A DNA stretch of 64,000 nucleotides from Utricularia gibba. Its lineage: Eukaryota > Plantae > Magnoliophyta. Below, piece after piece: positions 37,841-52,916 of this stretch. Position numbers and translations under genes: made by a program. Where the stretch lies: NCBI GenBank assembly GCA_002189035.1, contig NEEC01000012.1, forward strand, positions 2,542,001 to 2,606,000, written 5' to 3'. Position 1 is the stretch's first letter; every line of letters begins with the position of its first letter. The notes beneath the pieces are model-generated. The model was not told where the DNA came from. It saw only the letters and a program-made list of their open reading frames with translations, and did no database searches.

Positions 37841-40428
37841 TACGCCAAGACGTAGAGCAGCACGATCCGACCGCTTTTTCCCCAACAAAAACTCAGCCTT
37901 GATGTTATGTCAGCGAAGAAACATACGCATCTATGATGGGTCCGGAACAAAAACGAAATCCAGGGTATCCAAGTACAGAATTGGGATCAGCAAACGCCAC
38001 ACCAATAAAAATGGCGTTGTTTAGGTTTCCCGAGAGCACACGGGAACCAACTGGTGACAGAAGAGTGGGAAATCTGGAAAGTGGCAGAAAACTACAACCA
38101 TCACAGTAAAAGGCATCACGCTTACCGCGCACCACAACCATCTACATCCCCCTTTTACTTCACATTTCTGTAAGGAAGACGACAGCTTTCGGGTTCCACT
38201 CTTCATCCGTAAAACTTGACGATACACTACCCACAACAATGTACGTACTGTAAATGCCTTCAGGAGCAACGGAGCTCACAGAGAGCAGCGCATTCCCTCC
38301 ATAAAACGTCATCAACAAACAAAAAAAAAATCTCTCCTTTACCTCACAGCTCGCCGATTCCAGTGTAATTGTCACGTGGTCACCCGATTTGTAGGCATCT
38401 TTAACAGTTGACTTTTGAAAAATATTACCGTCGTTAAACTTTCAAAATCAAAAATTTTACCTTAAACATTTAATATAATATTGTTAATAAATGCTTCTTT
38501 TATTAATTACTGTTGAAGTAATTATTGTGGCGGTTCTGAGTCCAACCGGCCCCTTCGCCGGTTCCGCCGCAAACCGAAGATGGCTTCCGCCGACCCGGTA
38601 GTTAGAAGAACCGCTCATGGAGAAAACGAGGAAATCGCTCGCCCGGCTGACCGGGGTTGTCCGATATCCGGTCAACCAGGTTGAACCGCCGGCTGACGCA
38701 AACAGTAAATAAGCGAAAAAGAAACTTTTTATTTTTAGAAAGCAATATTATTATTTTATAATGGTGGGAAAAAATAACTGAGAAAGTGATGGGTCGTAGA
38801 TTCTAGACCCAAGTGAGTGGGCCCGCAGTCTGCCCTGGAGACAACTGTGAAGGGTATGAGTGACGCAGTGGTCCACAGAGCGAATTACGAGAAAGCCCAT
38901 GGGCCACCGAACTTCAATAAATGACTTCAAAATTGGATTCCTGTAACAACCAAACAGCCTGGAAATTCATGGCTTCTCCCTCCTTTTACATATATTCCAA
39001 TTTTTTTAATTATAAAATAAGATTGGAAATAATAAATGATAATTGAAAATATCCATTCTTTTCAAAATGTACTATCCATTTACTTAAATAAATTAAAAAT
39101 AGAATTAAAGATGATGACAATAAAATTATTTTAATATATTATTAAAGATATATCAAAGTAAAATTATCTTATGTCACATTTAATATTCAAATCTCACCCA
39201 TCACCCCTTCCATTTCATTTCTCAAATTCTAAACATTTTAAATTCCAAAATTTTAATCTCAATTTTTTAAAATCCATGAAACTGATAATGGAATATGATT
39301 TTCTTAATAATTATTAAATTACAAAAATGCTCGAAACAATGCATTTTTTAATTGTACGATATTATTCGCTTTCATAATCTATTTCTCATAATTTTACATT
39401 CTCTAATTCTAAGGAAAATATATCATACAAGATTAGAGAAGATTAATCTATATAAATTATTATTTTGGTTGTTCATAAACAATATTAGATTCACCTAAGG
39501 TATTTACAACCTTATTTGGGGCTCTAAATTCCAGTTAAATATTTTATAATCCTAATTGTTGTGTTAGTTTTTTTATTAAAAATATTTTTTAATAATATTA
39601 TTATTATTACAATGGTCCCTGGGTGGTTGTACTGTACTGTGCCCAGCAAGGGGATGGGCTTTTAAAGAAAGGTCTGAGGCACCATAATTCAAGTGACAGG
39701 GTGACTCTGGAAAATGTAAATAAAATATTATCATTCAAAATAAATATATAAATACATATTTTAAGAATTTTTCAGTGGGCTGTGTTTTGGGTTGATCTCA
39801 TTTGGGCAGGCCCATTCTTTTCAATACAGGGGACCGGCCCAATTTGGACCTCGGGCCCCATGAGAAGCCCAGATACTCTGGGAGAGTAGTGGGCCCTGTA
39901 CGGGGGCCTCCTTTATGGAGCTGTGTCGTAGCGAGTACATCCCCATCATTAGGCATCAGTGAAATTTATTCCATCTTCTGCAAGCACCCACCTTACCCTT
40001 CATTGAATGCACTTAAATTGAGAGGACAAAAAGCTGGAAAGCGAGATGCCAATGGGAGGCCTCGGAGTTTCTATCAGGTGCTGCTGTGAGTAACCTGTGT
40101 TATGGGGTGGCAAAAAGATGGAATTTTTGTTATTCCCATTCGGAAAGATTGGATTTGTATCTCTGGGTTGTGTTCGCCTTCGAGCTGCCAAGTGGTGGTG
40201 AAATGTTGATGGTTTTGATCTGTTCGAGGAAACTTTAAGCCTTTTTTTCAATTTTCATTTGTTTCTGTGATATCCTTTTTGTCGTGGATTGGTGTTCATC
40301 ACACCACGAGGGGTTGTCAGAGAGCCAAAAAATTTTCAAAAAAACAACTTGTTTTTATAAGCAGGTTGTTTGGTTTTGTCTCTGCCGCGCATTTTGGATT
40401 GTGGTTGCTCTTCCTTGCGTTGAGGGAA

Positions 40429-41595
40429 ATGGGAAAGGCTACCATGTGGATTAGAGCTCTCCTTGGAATGAAGAAAGGTAAAGGAAATGGGGAAGATGAT
40501 TCTGCTCTGAGAAAGGAAAAGAAAAGATGGAGTTTCGCAAGGGCTGGTAAGGAAACGGCTGGAAGCCGAATTCCAGGGTACGACGACGACTTCCCCTGGC
40601 GGAGAAGTTATTTTTCTAGCACCCAGAAGGAGCAAACCAAGGATGCTATTGCAGTTGCCGCTGCCGCCGTCGTTCGGGTTACGAGCCAGCGCAGGGGAGC
40701 TACTATCTTCTCCTACGGCAGAGCGCTACGCGCCGCCGTCACGATTCAAACTGTGTTTAGAAGCTATTTAGTGAGTGTCTACAAACAAAAAAAGAAACAC
40801 CTGCTATTTCAAATCCCTCTCCAAAACTCCAATTTTTTTTTCACTTTACAGGCCAGAAAAGCTTTAAGGGCTTTGAAAGGATTAGTGAAACTGCAAGCGC
40901 TTGTAAGAGGATTTCTTGTAAGAAAGCGAGCTGCTGCTACGCTTCATAGCATGCAAGCTCTGTTTCGGGCTCAGGCTGTTGTTCGGGCTCAGAAAAACAG
41001 GGGAAGAAAGTATATTGTAAGAACAGAGGTTTTTTTCCCCTTTAATCCAAACCCAATACAAACGCAGTAATGTTCATTTTTGCAGGGGAATCGCCATGAT
41101 CACCGAGCTGCATCTCGCAGCAAGAGGGTTACTGTTGGATTACATGGCAACCCAGCAATCGACAAAACTCTGAAAGTCGATCCCTGCCGGCCTCGATTTG
41201 CGGACGACCATTGTTACCATACATCGTCACCACTCCGGTGTTTGATACCCGCCCGGTTATCGGTTCCGGAGTACCGGATTCACAGAGATTTCGACTGGGG
41301 GGAGGAACACAAGTGTTCCTCATCTCAGAACACACCGCGGTTTGGGCATGCTTCCTCCCCTGCAAAGAGTTTTTACAGTGAGAGCCTTCCCAGAGCGTAT
41401 CACAACAAGCCTCCGAGTTACATGGCGAATACGCATTCGTTTAACGCAAAACTGAGATCTCAAAGCGCCCCAAGACAACGACATGAAAGGGGACTGAAGG
41501 GCGGGCTTCCATTAATGGCATCAAGAAGCAGCTTCAGTGGGGTTAGGATGCACAGATCTTGTTCCAGGGTCCATGAAGATTCTGGATGTTACTAG
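40429..41595 (+). CDS. IQD: IQ67-domain calmodulin-binding protein (IQD26-like, DUF4005); 3 exons
   Basis: [13 protein letters not shown]; KKRWSF; IQ67 [33 protein letters not shown] with phase-0 intron; [23 protein letters not shown]. Confidence 0.93.
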
Positions 41596-41676
41596 TCGAT
41601 AGGCTATGTTGTAAACCACCCTTTTTGCTTGAATCACTCTCGGTGGCAAAAAAATCAGCCTCTCAAGTGCTGTGCC

Positions 41677-42119
41677 TTAGAATCTGGCTTTGACTGCCGA
41701 AAAATGGTGTCTTTTGGCTGATGACTTCCTGATTATCGGCTTAGGTAGGATGCATGGCTTGTAACTGCTACTGTGGCCATGGCCACACCTCTTTGAGGAC
41801 TTCCGCGAACTCCTTTTCTTCACAAGATTTTCAACGCTTGCAACCCTCGAAAGAGAAGCAAACGACTCCGATTTCCCCTGATAAAACTTGGAAAGACCCC
41901 TTCTGCAAAACACCCAGGAATCCAAACCTTTAGAAACGAATGTGAAGAGAATCTGAGATGGGAGCTTGCTTACTTGATAGGCAGGTTCTTCATCAGCTCA
42001 GAAAAGTCGTTCATGGCGGACGGCGAGGAAGATACGTCGTCGTCTGACTTGGATGAGGAGCCATTGGAATCCATCGACGAGTCCACTCCAATAGATGATG
42101 AGGTGCATTCGTCATCCAT
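41677..42119 (-). CDS. OXS3-like: OXIDATIVE STRESS 3-like protein; 2 exons (start uncertain; the open frame extends upstream to 42410)
   Basis: Ser-rich N-terminus, SELMKNLPIK/RGLSKFYQGKSESFASL motif. ATG at 42119 preferred because TATAAA lies about 55 nt upstream and ABRE-like motifs lie further upstream. Confidence 0.85.
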
Positions 42120-43164
42120 CTGTAAAGAACGCAAGGAGTTGTGTATCGCATAGAATGAGTAAACTTCATCGTCTTTATACATGGCCCTGGGAAATCTGGC
42201 CGAGGAAGAGTTGACGCAGGTAGGACGTATCTCTGAGTCGTGTCCGCGTGTCGGCTGGTTAGTTGGATCGCTCCTTGATAGCAACCCCATCGCCCTTATC
42301 CATACACCGTGTCCATGAAGATGCAAAAGCGTCCCTCCCTCGTCAGAGAAGCCCCTTTTATTCCCGACCACGAATTTCCTCACAAGTGATGACGTGTCGG
42401 ACGCCGCCACGCCATTGTTGATCGAGTAGCTACGATTCTATCTATCTACTCTGTGGTACAGTGAAAGAAAACCTTAGGAAACTGAAACCTGTCCACAGAT
42501 GCGAGTCTCTGGTTCAGACATCACTGTTCCAGCTCAACAATCTCAACTTTGATCCATCTGAATTATCTTGCGGTCTGAAGAAGGTGGTTCTGGGTCAATG
42601 GGAGACCTTGGAAAACTTGATCATCGGAACTGGAATGCATTCCTTTTGAAGCCGGAGAAATTCCAAGCCCCCAGATGATCGGATCACACAGCAGCGAAAG
42701 AGCTGTGGCTTCTGCGAGCAACGAGACATTGGAGATGAAGGTGTCTCCAAGCAAGCATTAACCGTAGAGTTTTCAGCAGCTCCTGAATCCACCCCATTGT
42801 TCTTTCCCTTAAAGAGAAGCTTATGATGTATTGCTTTTCTTGCGCTGCACAGAGAGAACCGCTCAATACTGATGACTGAGGCCAGCCTCGACTTTATTTC
42901 TCTCCAGTTTGCCAACAAGTAGCTAGAGATTCCTTATGATCCTTGGACCTGCAAATGCCTCAAAGGGGAGTAAAAAAAGAAAGATGCCAAACAAGATTAC
43001 AACCATTTGGAATGCAAGTTCAAAGATTTAGCAATCAGATCTTGGAAAGCATACAAAAAGTTGCATCCTTTAACATAAGCGAATTCATTCCAATCTCATC
43101 AATTATCGGTAATCAGTGTTTTCACCAGAAAAAAACAAAAAAAAAAAACACAGGCACCACGGCG

Positions 43165-43791
43165 TCAATCCAACTGACGTCCGGCGGCCTCTGCAACCAA
43201 CGGTAAGTAAGGCGTTTTGCCCAAAATGCTAGAAACCAGCCCGTAGATGAAACACGCCGCCACAAACACAAAAATCCCAGAATGCGCCCACGCCGTCAAT
43301 TTCAGCACGAGTCCCGACCGGCCAGGGGAAATAATCCGCTGCAACAACACCGGAACCGCGAGCAGAACATCCAGGACAAGGGCCTGCAGAGCATTATACC
43401 TCGCGTAGCGACTAAAATTAGGGTTTCGTACGACGCCGAGATAGAGGCCGAAGAATGTGATAAAACTGGCGAAGGGCAGGGAATGGTACATCGACAACAA
43501 GGGAAATAGGGGCTCTAAAGGGGCCGCGAGAACAGGGTACTTGGTAAAGAGATAGCGTCCATACTGAAGGCCGTTGAAGAAGGGGAGAAAATACGACGCC
43601 GCGGAGATAATGCGGTCGGCTGCCGGAGTCGTCGTGCTCGAACATTTTATAAGCGCCGTGTTTGGTGAAGATGCGCGGCGGAGATAAGATGATGCTGGGA
43701 ATGAATGCAACGGAAGAAACGTGGGCGCGCCGTGACGATTGAGCTTCGATTGCCCCGGTGGGAAGAGGCGGAGCAGCGGAATACTGGACAT
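43165..43791 (-). CDS. TIC20-II: Chloroplast inner-envelope translocon TIC20-II (intronless CDS)
   Basis: Transit peptide then ADRIISAASYFLPFFNGLQYGRYLF..FFGLYLGVVRNPNFSRYARYNALQA..GKTPYLPLVAEAAGRQ. Confidence 0.95.
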   Translation of the reverse strand: MSSIPLLRLFPPGQSKLNRHGAPTFLPLHSFPASSYLRRASSPNTALIKCSSTTTPAADRIISAASYFLPFFNGLQYGRYLFTKYPVLAAPLEPLFPLLSMYHSLPFASFITFFGLYLGVVRNPNFSRYARYNALQALVLDVLLAVPVLLQRIISPGRSGLVLKLTAWAHSGIFVFVAACFIYGLVSSILGKTPYLPLVAEAAGRQLD

Positions 43792-44277
43792 GGTTTCGCC
43801 GCTTCGAGCGAGAGATGTGCGATAGCGCTGTAACGTAAACCCTAAATATTTATAGGGCATGTTCCACACGACACCATATCCAAACAGCCATCCATGGTAG
43901 GCCATGGATGTTCATTTCGGCTTCAGGGAAGTGATGCAGAATGGGATTTCTGACTACAAATACCTGATGAGAGCTTCTGGTGATTGTAGTACGGCAGTTT
44001 GATGCCTGTTCATCGTTCCATCTGTCCCAGAACTCCACAGGACCGCTGCTATGGCAGTTATCCTAGTGTACGAGGTTTGATTTGGAATGGAGATGAATGC
44101 AGAAGAAAGTACAACTGAAGAAATTGGAATGTATTGAAAAAGCTGCTAGCTAACGCTCTCTGGGTTTGGACAAATACAAGCAGATCACAAGGCATTAGAC
44201 ATACAAGCAGGCTTCAAGTTCATCAACTCCTCTGGACAGAGAAGACTCAAATTCCTTGGCGACTTGAAATCACACCC

Positions 44278-46927
<2,650 letters not shown>

Positions 46928-47446
46928 TTTTCTGGGTTAAGTGCGAAGCTAACTGAACTGAAGCCTGAGGCATATAAATAAGAATAAAGTTGCGAACTTT
47001 TCGATTATTACAGTCATGCCACCAAGACTTCAAAGTCCCTTAGGGCCCATTTCCACGCAGCTTCCACCAATAGGATTCGGAAATAGATGGGAGACTCGGG
47101 TTGACCCCAAATGCATGCGTCTTTTTCTTAAAAAACGAATTTTCATTTGTAAAAGAGACCAATTCTGAAGCGTAAACTGTAAAGTAGATACATCAAGACT
47201 TGACCACTTCTGTGCCTGAATGCGAGGTTTCTCCTTTGGCTTGGAATAGGGACTACTTGAAGCGCATCTAAGGAAAATACCTGAGTATTAAATGAGCAAT
47301 GCTCCTACCACATTCACTCCTAATGAATGGTTACCAGAATCCTCTTTAAATCAGATCACATATGATAACATATTGGTCTCCTCCATGTTCTTCAAATGAA
47401 CCATTTACTAATTGTTGGAATTGATACAGAGAGAACAGGGCAGTAA

Positions 47447-48111
47447 TCAACTACCCAATTTGAATGCATCAACAAACAGCCCCAAGCACACGCCTGCTTT
47501 CCAGTAGTTTATCATCACCACCAGCATCTGCAGTTTGCCACCAGAGACTGGCCTTCTGTACATGAGCATGCCAATGCCTTCAATGGCAGCAACCACCACC
47601 CCTGCTACCAAAACATCCCAATCGCCTGTCTGCCCGAGAATCGTTGCCAAGGCATTCGCTGTGTAGAAACCAAGTAGCACCAGGAACACTTTCGATGGGA
47701 AGTTCTTCCGAACCGTGTTCAGCTTACTTAGTAGCTGCCTACTACCAGCACCGACTATCCTGCCTAAACGAGTTCCGCCAACATTCGAACTCTCTGCATT
47801 GGCATCTTCGGGTTGATTGTTTGTTGTAAATCCATCAGTGTTCAATGCACATACTATTCTAGGCCCAGCCCTTCTCTTGTGGCAACTGCTTCATTAAACA
47901 AGTGCCTTAGAGACTGACATTTGGAAGAATCAATAAGGAAAAGCGACTTCAAGATTCCAAGAAAGACTATCAGTTAGAAAATACACCTATTTTCATGTGA
48001 AGGAGAAAGGAATTTCGCAGGCTGGCTAAGCACATCCTTCTTGTGAATCAAAAGAGTTCCTAATCTCTCATATCCTCCACCACCCACGAGAGATACAGAT
48101 CGCAACATCAT
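47447..48111 (-). CDS. Ycf20-like chloroplast protein (At1g65420/NPQ7-like); 2 coding exons
   Basis: GGTRLGRIV..KNFPSKVFLVLLGFYTANALATILGQTGDWDVLVAG..NYWKAGVCLGLFVDAFKLGS*; upstream exon MMLRSV..SHEN joins in frame. Confidence 0.88.
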
Positions 48112-48796
48112 AATATGCCGTTAAGAGAACACAAACTGCAATTGCAATACAAACGGCGCAGTTCATCAAATGCCCAAGAAAAAAGGTAAACACGCAAATT
48201 CCACAAATATCACTTTTTAGTCTACGCCATCTAAAATGAAACCAATTTCAGTGAACATCCGGATTCGAAAATCAAGTGGAGAAGAAGCCTTGTTAACATT
48301 AGATTGCAAGATTCACTTCTGTATACCTGAATCATTTTACAGAAAAAAAAATGGGTATGCGGACGTCGGAGAACTACATCTAAACAACTGTTACTTGTTA
48401 GCATCTGCAACCAATTTGAACTTCGGCAGCAGTAAAGGAAAGTCGGGGAAGAGGAATTGAAACCCGTAAGCCACTAGAAAGTTCTGAAACACACGTTAAT
48501 CGTTGCCAATCACCTGCGAATGAAAACACAGAAGCCAATTTTTACCATTACGTCACTTGAGCAAAATCCCGAGCTTTCCAGTCCAACTTTCTTGCCCATT
48601 CAAATAGAATCCAACTTTGTGGCGATTTCGCGATACCCTAGTGTGTTTCCTTAAAAAGATATATATACAAATAGGTATGCATATGTAGTTAGAAAAGAAT
48701 TACTTTTTGAGCATAACTAGCACACGAATTGGCGAATCAGGAACACGTCGCCCCAAGGAAGTGGTTTCAACATTGAAATCAGGAACGGAGGCGGGA

Positions 48797-51625
48797 ATGA
48801 GAGTGAGGAGGAATAGGGGAGGGGGATGGGGAACAACTCTGATTCCTGTGGCCTTCTTTCTTCTACAAGTTGCATTCGCGTTGGCGATCTCTCAGAGCAA
48901 TAGCAGTTCTGATGGGAGAAGAAGAGAAATGAGAGTAGTGGATGATGTGGTGTGGGTAGTGCAGCTCTCTGATCTTCACTTCAGCGTGAATCATCCTGAG
49001 AGAGCCCAGGACTTCATCGACATTGTCGGGCCTACGTTCGGGTTTGTGAAGCCAACTTTGGTCCTTCTCACTGGTGATCTCACAGGTGATTTCTGAATAT
49101 CCATTATTCATGATCTCAATATTGCTCTGTGTTGAACTTTGGATTCTCTGATCTAGAGAACGATTATATTGATAATGGTATTTTACATGTAGCGGCATGG
49201 CAGATATATTCATCTATGAGCGTGAAGGTTACATCTGGTTTAGTCAATGCGTTTTCTTGTGCTTATTAAAAATGTTTCTTTAGTATGTTCTCAATTTGGT
49301 CGTGGATTGAAAGATGAATTGAGTTGTAAATGTGAAGTTTTGTAATGATTAGTTGTGGTTTGGGAATCACCTTGATTGCGTTAGTCTTTTTGTTCGAGCT
49401 AACAATTGAGTTAGCTAAAGATGATGGTTGGGAATCATCTCAGCATTTTGTGTTTGAGTCTGTTTAGAAATTTCTGAATAAAGTGGAATTTAATTTTTCT
49501 ATCTCTTAGATGGTAAAAGCCTGGATATGTTGACCATGAAACAAGACGAAAAGGAGTGGATAGAGTACCGGAAGGTGATGCAAAATGTTGTGAAGAGGAG
49601 TGGACTTGATAAGAGCTCCTTTTATGATGTCAGAGGAAATCATGACAACTTTGGTGTCCCTATAGGAAATGGTTCCTTGGACTTCTTCTCGAGGTATAGC
49701 ATCTCTGGGCAGCTACAAAGAGATGCAAAGGTCAATACCATCACCATTGAGGTATGTGAACTCAAATTGCTGTTGTTATTTGCTGTACAAAAATTAAGAT
49801 CATCTATCATGATTGTTCGTTCACTTTTGAATAACCATTTCACATGTTTTGTAATTTAATGGTTGCGCAGACAAGCAGAAGGAAACTTCTTTTTGTTGGA
49901 TTTGATAGCACATTATATCCTGGATTACGAGGGCCGACGAACCTCTTGGGGCACCCAAATGATGAACTTCTGAATGAAATAGATTCTGAACTATCACAAA
50001 TGGAGTCAGCTGCTATTCCACTCACTAAAGTTTCATTCGGGCATTTTCCACTTTCCTTTTCTGCAGCTTCCGAGTCCGGAAGGTCCCTTAGAGATTTATT
50101 CATCAAACACTCATTGGATGTATATTTATGCGGCCATCTACACACAAAATTTGGTAAAAATCTAAAGAGGTACCATGGCACCTGGCATCCAACTCTACAT
50201 TCCAATGAGTTATTTCAGTTAAATGGTCATCGATTGTCTTCAGAAAATGGCTCTGGTTGCCATGGTAGTGAAGCACGAAATGGTGGTTTTTGGGAGTGGG
50301 AAATGGGAGATTGGAGGAAGAGTCGAGCGATGCGCATTTTGGCTGTTGATGGTGGTCATATTTCATTTACAGATTTTGACTTTAAGTTTGGACCCGAGAG
50401 CATTATTGTAGTGCCAACATTCCCTTTGGACTCGAGATTCTCTTCAGCATCACAAAACTGTAAATCTGACGTTTCTGAGCCTTCCTCCATGAAGTCCATC
50501 AGAGCTTTGGTTTTCTCTGCTTCTCCAATATTATCAGTTTTGGCAAAGATATATGATTCTTCTTCTGGGAGTCATACTGTTGTGTTGGAATCAGTAATGA
50601 CAAAGGCTGCAAGTTCTCATAACAGTCTCTTCGTTGCACCATGGAATATACAAGATTTTGAAGATCCATCTCCTGAAAGATACCTGCTTGAAATAGTAGC
50701 AACTGATATCAGTGGTAAATCAGTTGCCTCTGAACTGAGGCCATTCTCAGTAGCAGGTACTCCTGCAAAGTTCCCCTGGAGATGGAAAGAATTCTTGATG
50801 ATGGGCTGCCAGTGGGATGCCTTATACTATCCAATATTTTGGTTATTCTACTTTTTAGTCCTCCCCATTCTTCTCGTTCCAAGGTTTCTCCTGTCATTCT
50901 CACGGAGGCAGTACACATACAGAGGCTTCAATGCCAATGAAAGCTTCATCAACCGAGCTTTTAGACTATCCATGGAACTCTGCAACATTCAAATCACATG
51001 GTTTGGCATGACTGTTTACGTGTTCTACCTTGTGTTATGCCCATGGTTTTCCGGCCGAACATTTAGTTCCGACGAAGAGCGACTATACATGGTCTACAGA
51101 GGCTGGTTATCAGGATTCAATGATATGAGGAAGCCTCAATACATTGGCTCCCAGATGTCATGGTTGTGGTTTTTCCACACATCTATCTGGTGGTTTTGCC
51201 TGCACTAGTGACAATGGTGGCTCTAGCTGCTGAGAACGGATTATATCGAAGGTACCCTCTTTCATCCTCAAACAAGAAGAACGATGACCACAATATACCT
51301 CCACCCGAATCCTATACAAATTCCATTCACCATCAACGTAGAAGGTGGCAAAGGAAATTTCTTTTGTTGATCTGCTTATCCATTTTCTGGAAGCATTACA
51401 CGGTATATATATATTATGTTCTTTCTTGTACCAATCCCTTTCGATATGCATTTCAAATCCAAGGTCATTGTTAGCATGATTCCTTGTCAATCTGTGGTGT
51501 TGCAGAGCTGTGTAGCGTTGATGAAAGCATACGAGATGAGCCCTTTTGTTCATTTTCCTGTATACTGTTTTGGAGTCCCTGCATTGCTGGTTTACACGAT
51601 CTGGAAAACTGCTGGCGCTCTTTAG
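48797..51625 (+). CDS. Calcineurin-like metallophosphoesterase, TMEM62/At3g03305-like; apparent 1-nt frameshift near 51149
   Basis: QLSDLHFS, TGDLT/DGK, RGNHDNFG, GHFP, YLCGHLH, WEWEMGDWRKSR; C-terminal TM helices continue in another frame (MVVVFPH...). Confidence 0.9.
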
Positions 51626-51887
51626 GTAGCTTTTGATGCCATTCACAGGGAGCAGCTGCTCAAGAAGCTACATTTTATTAGCAAGGCACATGTACTCTGT
51701 AGCTAGGCTCAAAAACCTGTTAAACCCAAGGGAATTGAACTTAATTTGGTTTTTCAGTTTTCAGTTTTCAGATCTAAAGATCCATTTTTGTTCTCACACA
51801 CATCACACAGACAAAAAGGAGCACAGATATGAGCTCTATTGTATACTCGGGACTGTAAAAACAGAGTTTTTTTTTTTTTTCTTCAGG

Positions 51888-52447
51888 TTACACTTGAAAG
51901 GGCAATGACCATCTTCTGCCATTAACATCTCCAACTTCAGCGCTGCTGGAGCTTCCGCCATTGATTCCCTTCCTCTCCATGTAAGCATAGTAATTCAAGA
52001 AGAAGGCAAGCGTGAGCACAACCCATTCCAGACAGAACATCAGGACGCAGAGCCCCCCTGCGAGTTTCAGAATCACCACACCATCTTCCTCCCTCACGTA
52101 CGACTTCAAGTGCCCCAGGAAGTCAGAGGGCCTCGTGAATATCAGGACAGACACGGATCCCTGAAAGATGGCAGTTAGAACAGTAGCCACCATGTGGGCG
52201 CCGTAGAATTTCCCGGCGGAGGATGCGGACCGTGAGGCGGCGGCGCAGCCGGAGATGGCGCCGGCGATTGTGATTGCGTGGAGAAGGATCAGGAGGAAGC
52301 CGACGAGGGAGGGAAGAGGCGGAGAGAAAGGGTGAGGAAGATGCAGCTTGAGGCGGCGCCCAGGAGGACGTAGTTCGTGAGGATGAATACTTTGTGGGTG
52401 TGAGGATGAGAGCACTCTCCGCCGGAGAAGTCGATCGACAAACCCAT
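51888..52447 (-). CDS. Left (inverted) copy of small multi-pass membrane protein gene (AT5G16250/AT3G02640-like); 1-nt frameshift at 52311-52313 as assembled
   Basis: Reverse complement matches 52917-53414 almost perfectly; one C is missing from a C4 run; distinct C-terminal tail (SSSAEVGDVNGRRWSLPFQV*). Could be a pseudogene or an assembly error. Confidence 0.8.
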
Positions 52448-52560
52448 TTTCCGATGCAAATATTTGAAAGAGCTTTAAATTCTAATATATCTGAAACTCT
52501 GTATTGAGCTCGCGGAAGAAGAGCCGGGCGTTATATAATACTCAGGGCAGAGTTTCAGAA

Positions 52561-52800
52561 TCAACGGTCACATTTCAGATCATGAAAGTAATCCTCAACG
52601 GCTACTTCACGCCGTGTCCTGATGAAGATCGCGCGTGTCCCCGAGTCGTCCCCACTCCATTTCCCAATTCTAAAAATCAAATGTAGACAAAAAGGGAAAC
52701 AAAATCGAGTGAAGATGTGGGGACACGGCGACGCGCCACGAACTAGCCGTTGCGACACTTCCTTTCAAAAAATCTCAACGGGCGGAAATATGACCGTTGC
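52561..52800. promoter_or_regulatory. Bidirectional promoter with five MSA (AACGG-core) elements
   Basis: TCAACGGT 52561, CTCAACGGCT 52594, AGCCGTTG 52745, CTCAACGGG 52774, GACCGTTG 52792. Confidence 0.75.
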
Positions 52801-52916
52801 CGTCTGAAACTCTTCCCCCTCCTGTCGTGAATTTACCCAACCTGCTCCTCCTCTCCACCTTCACAACTCGGAGAAAAAAAGCTCTTTTTTCTACTGTTTT
52901 TGCATCCGAAGAAGAA

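Noticed and set aside
42120-42410. N-terminal extension of the OXS3 ORF
   Set aside because: Starts at GTG and contains TATAAA and ABRE/CE3-like motifs; better explained as promoter.
47053-47071. CCACG-N9-CCAAT upstream of CRT3 resembling an ER-stress element
   Set aside because: Half-sites are in the opposite order to ERSE (CCAAT-N9-CCACG) on both strands.
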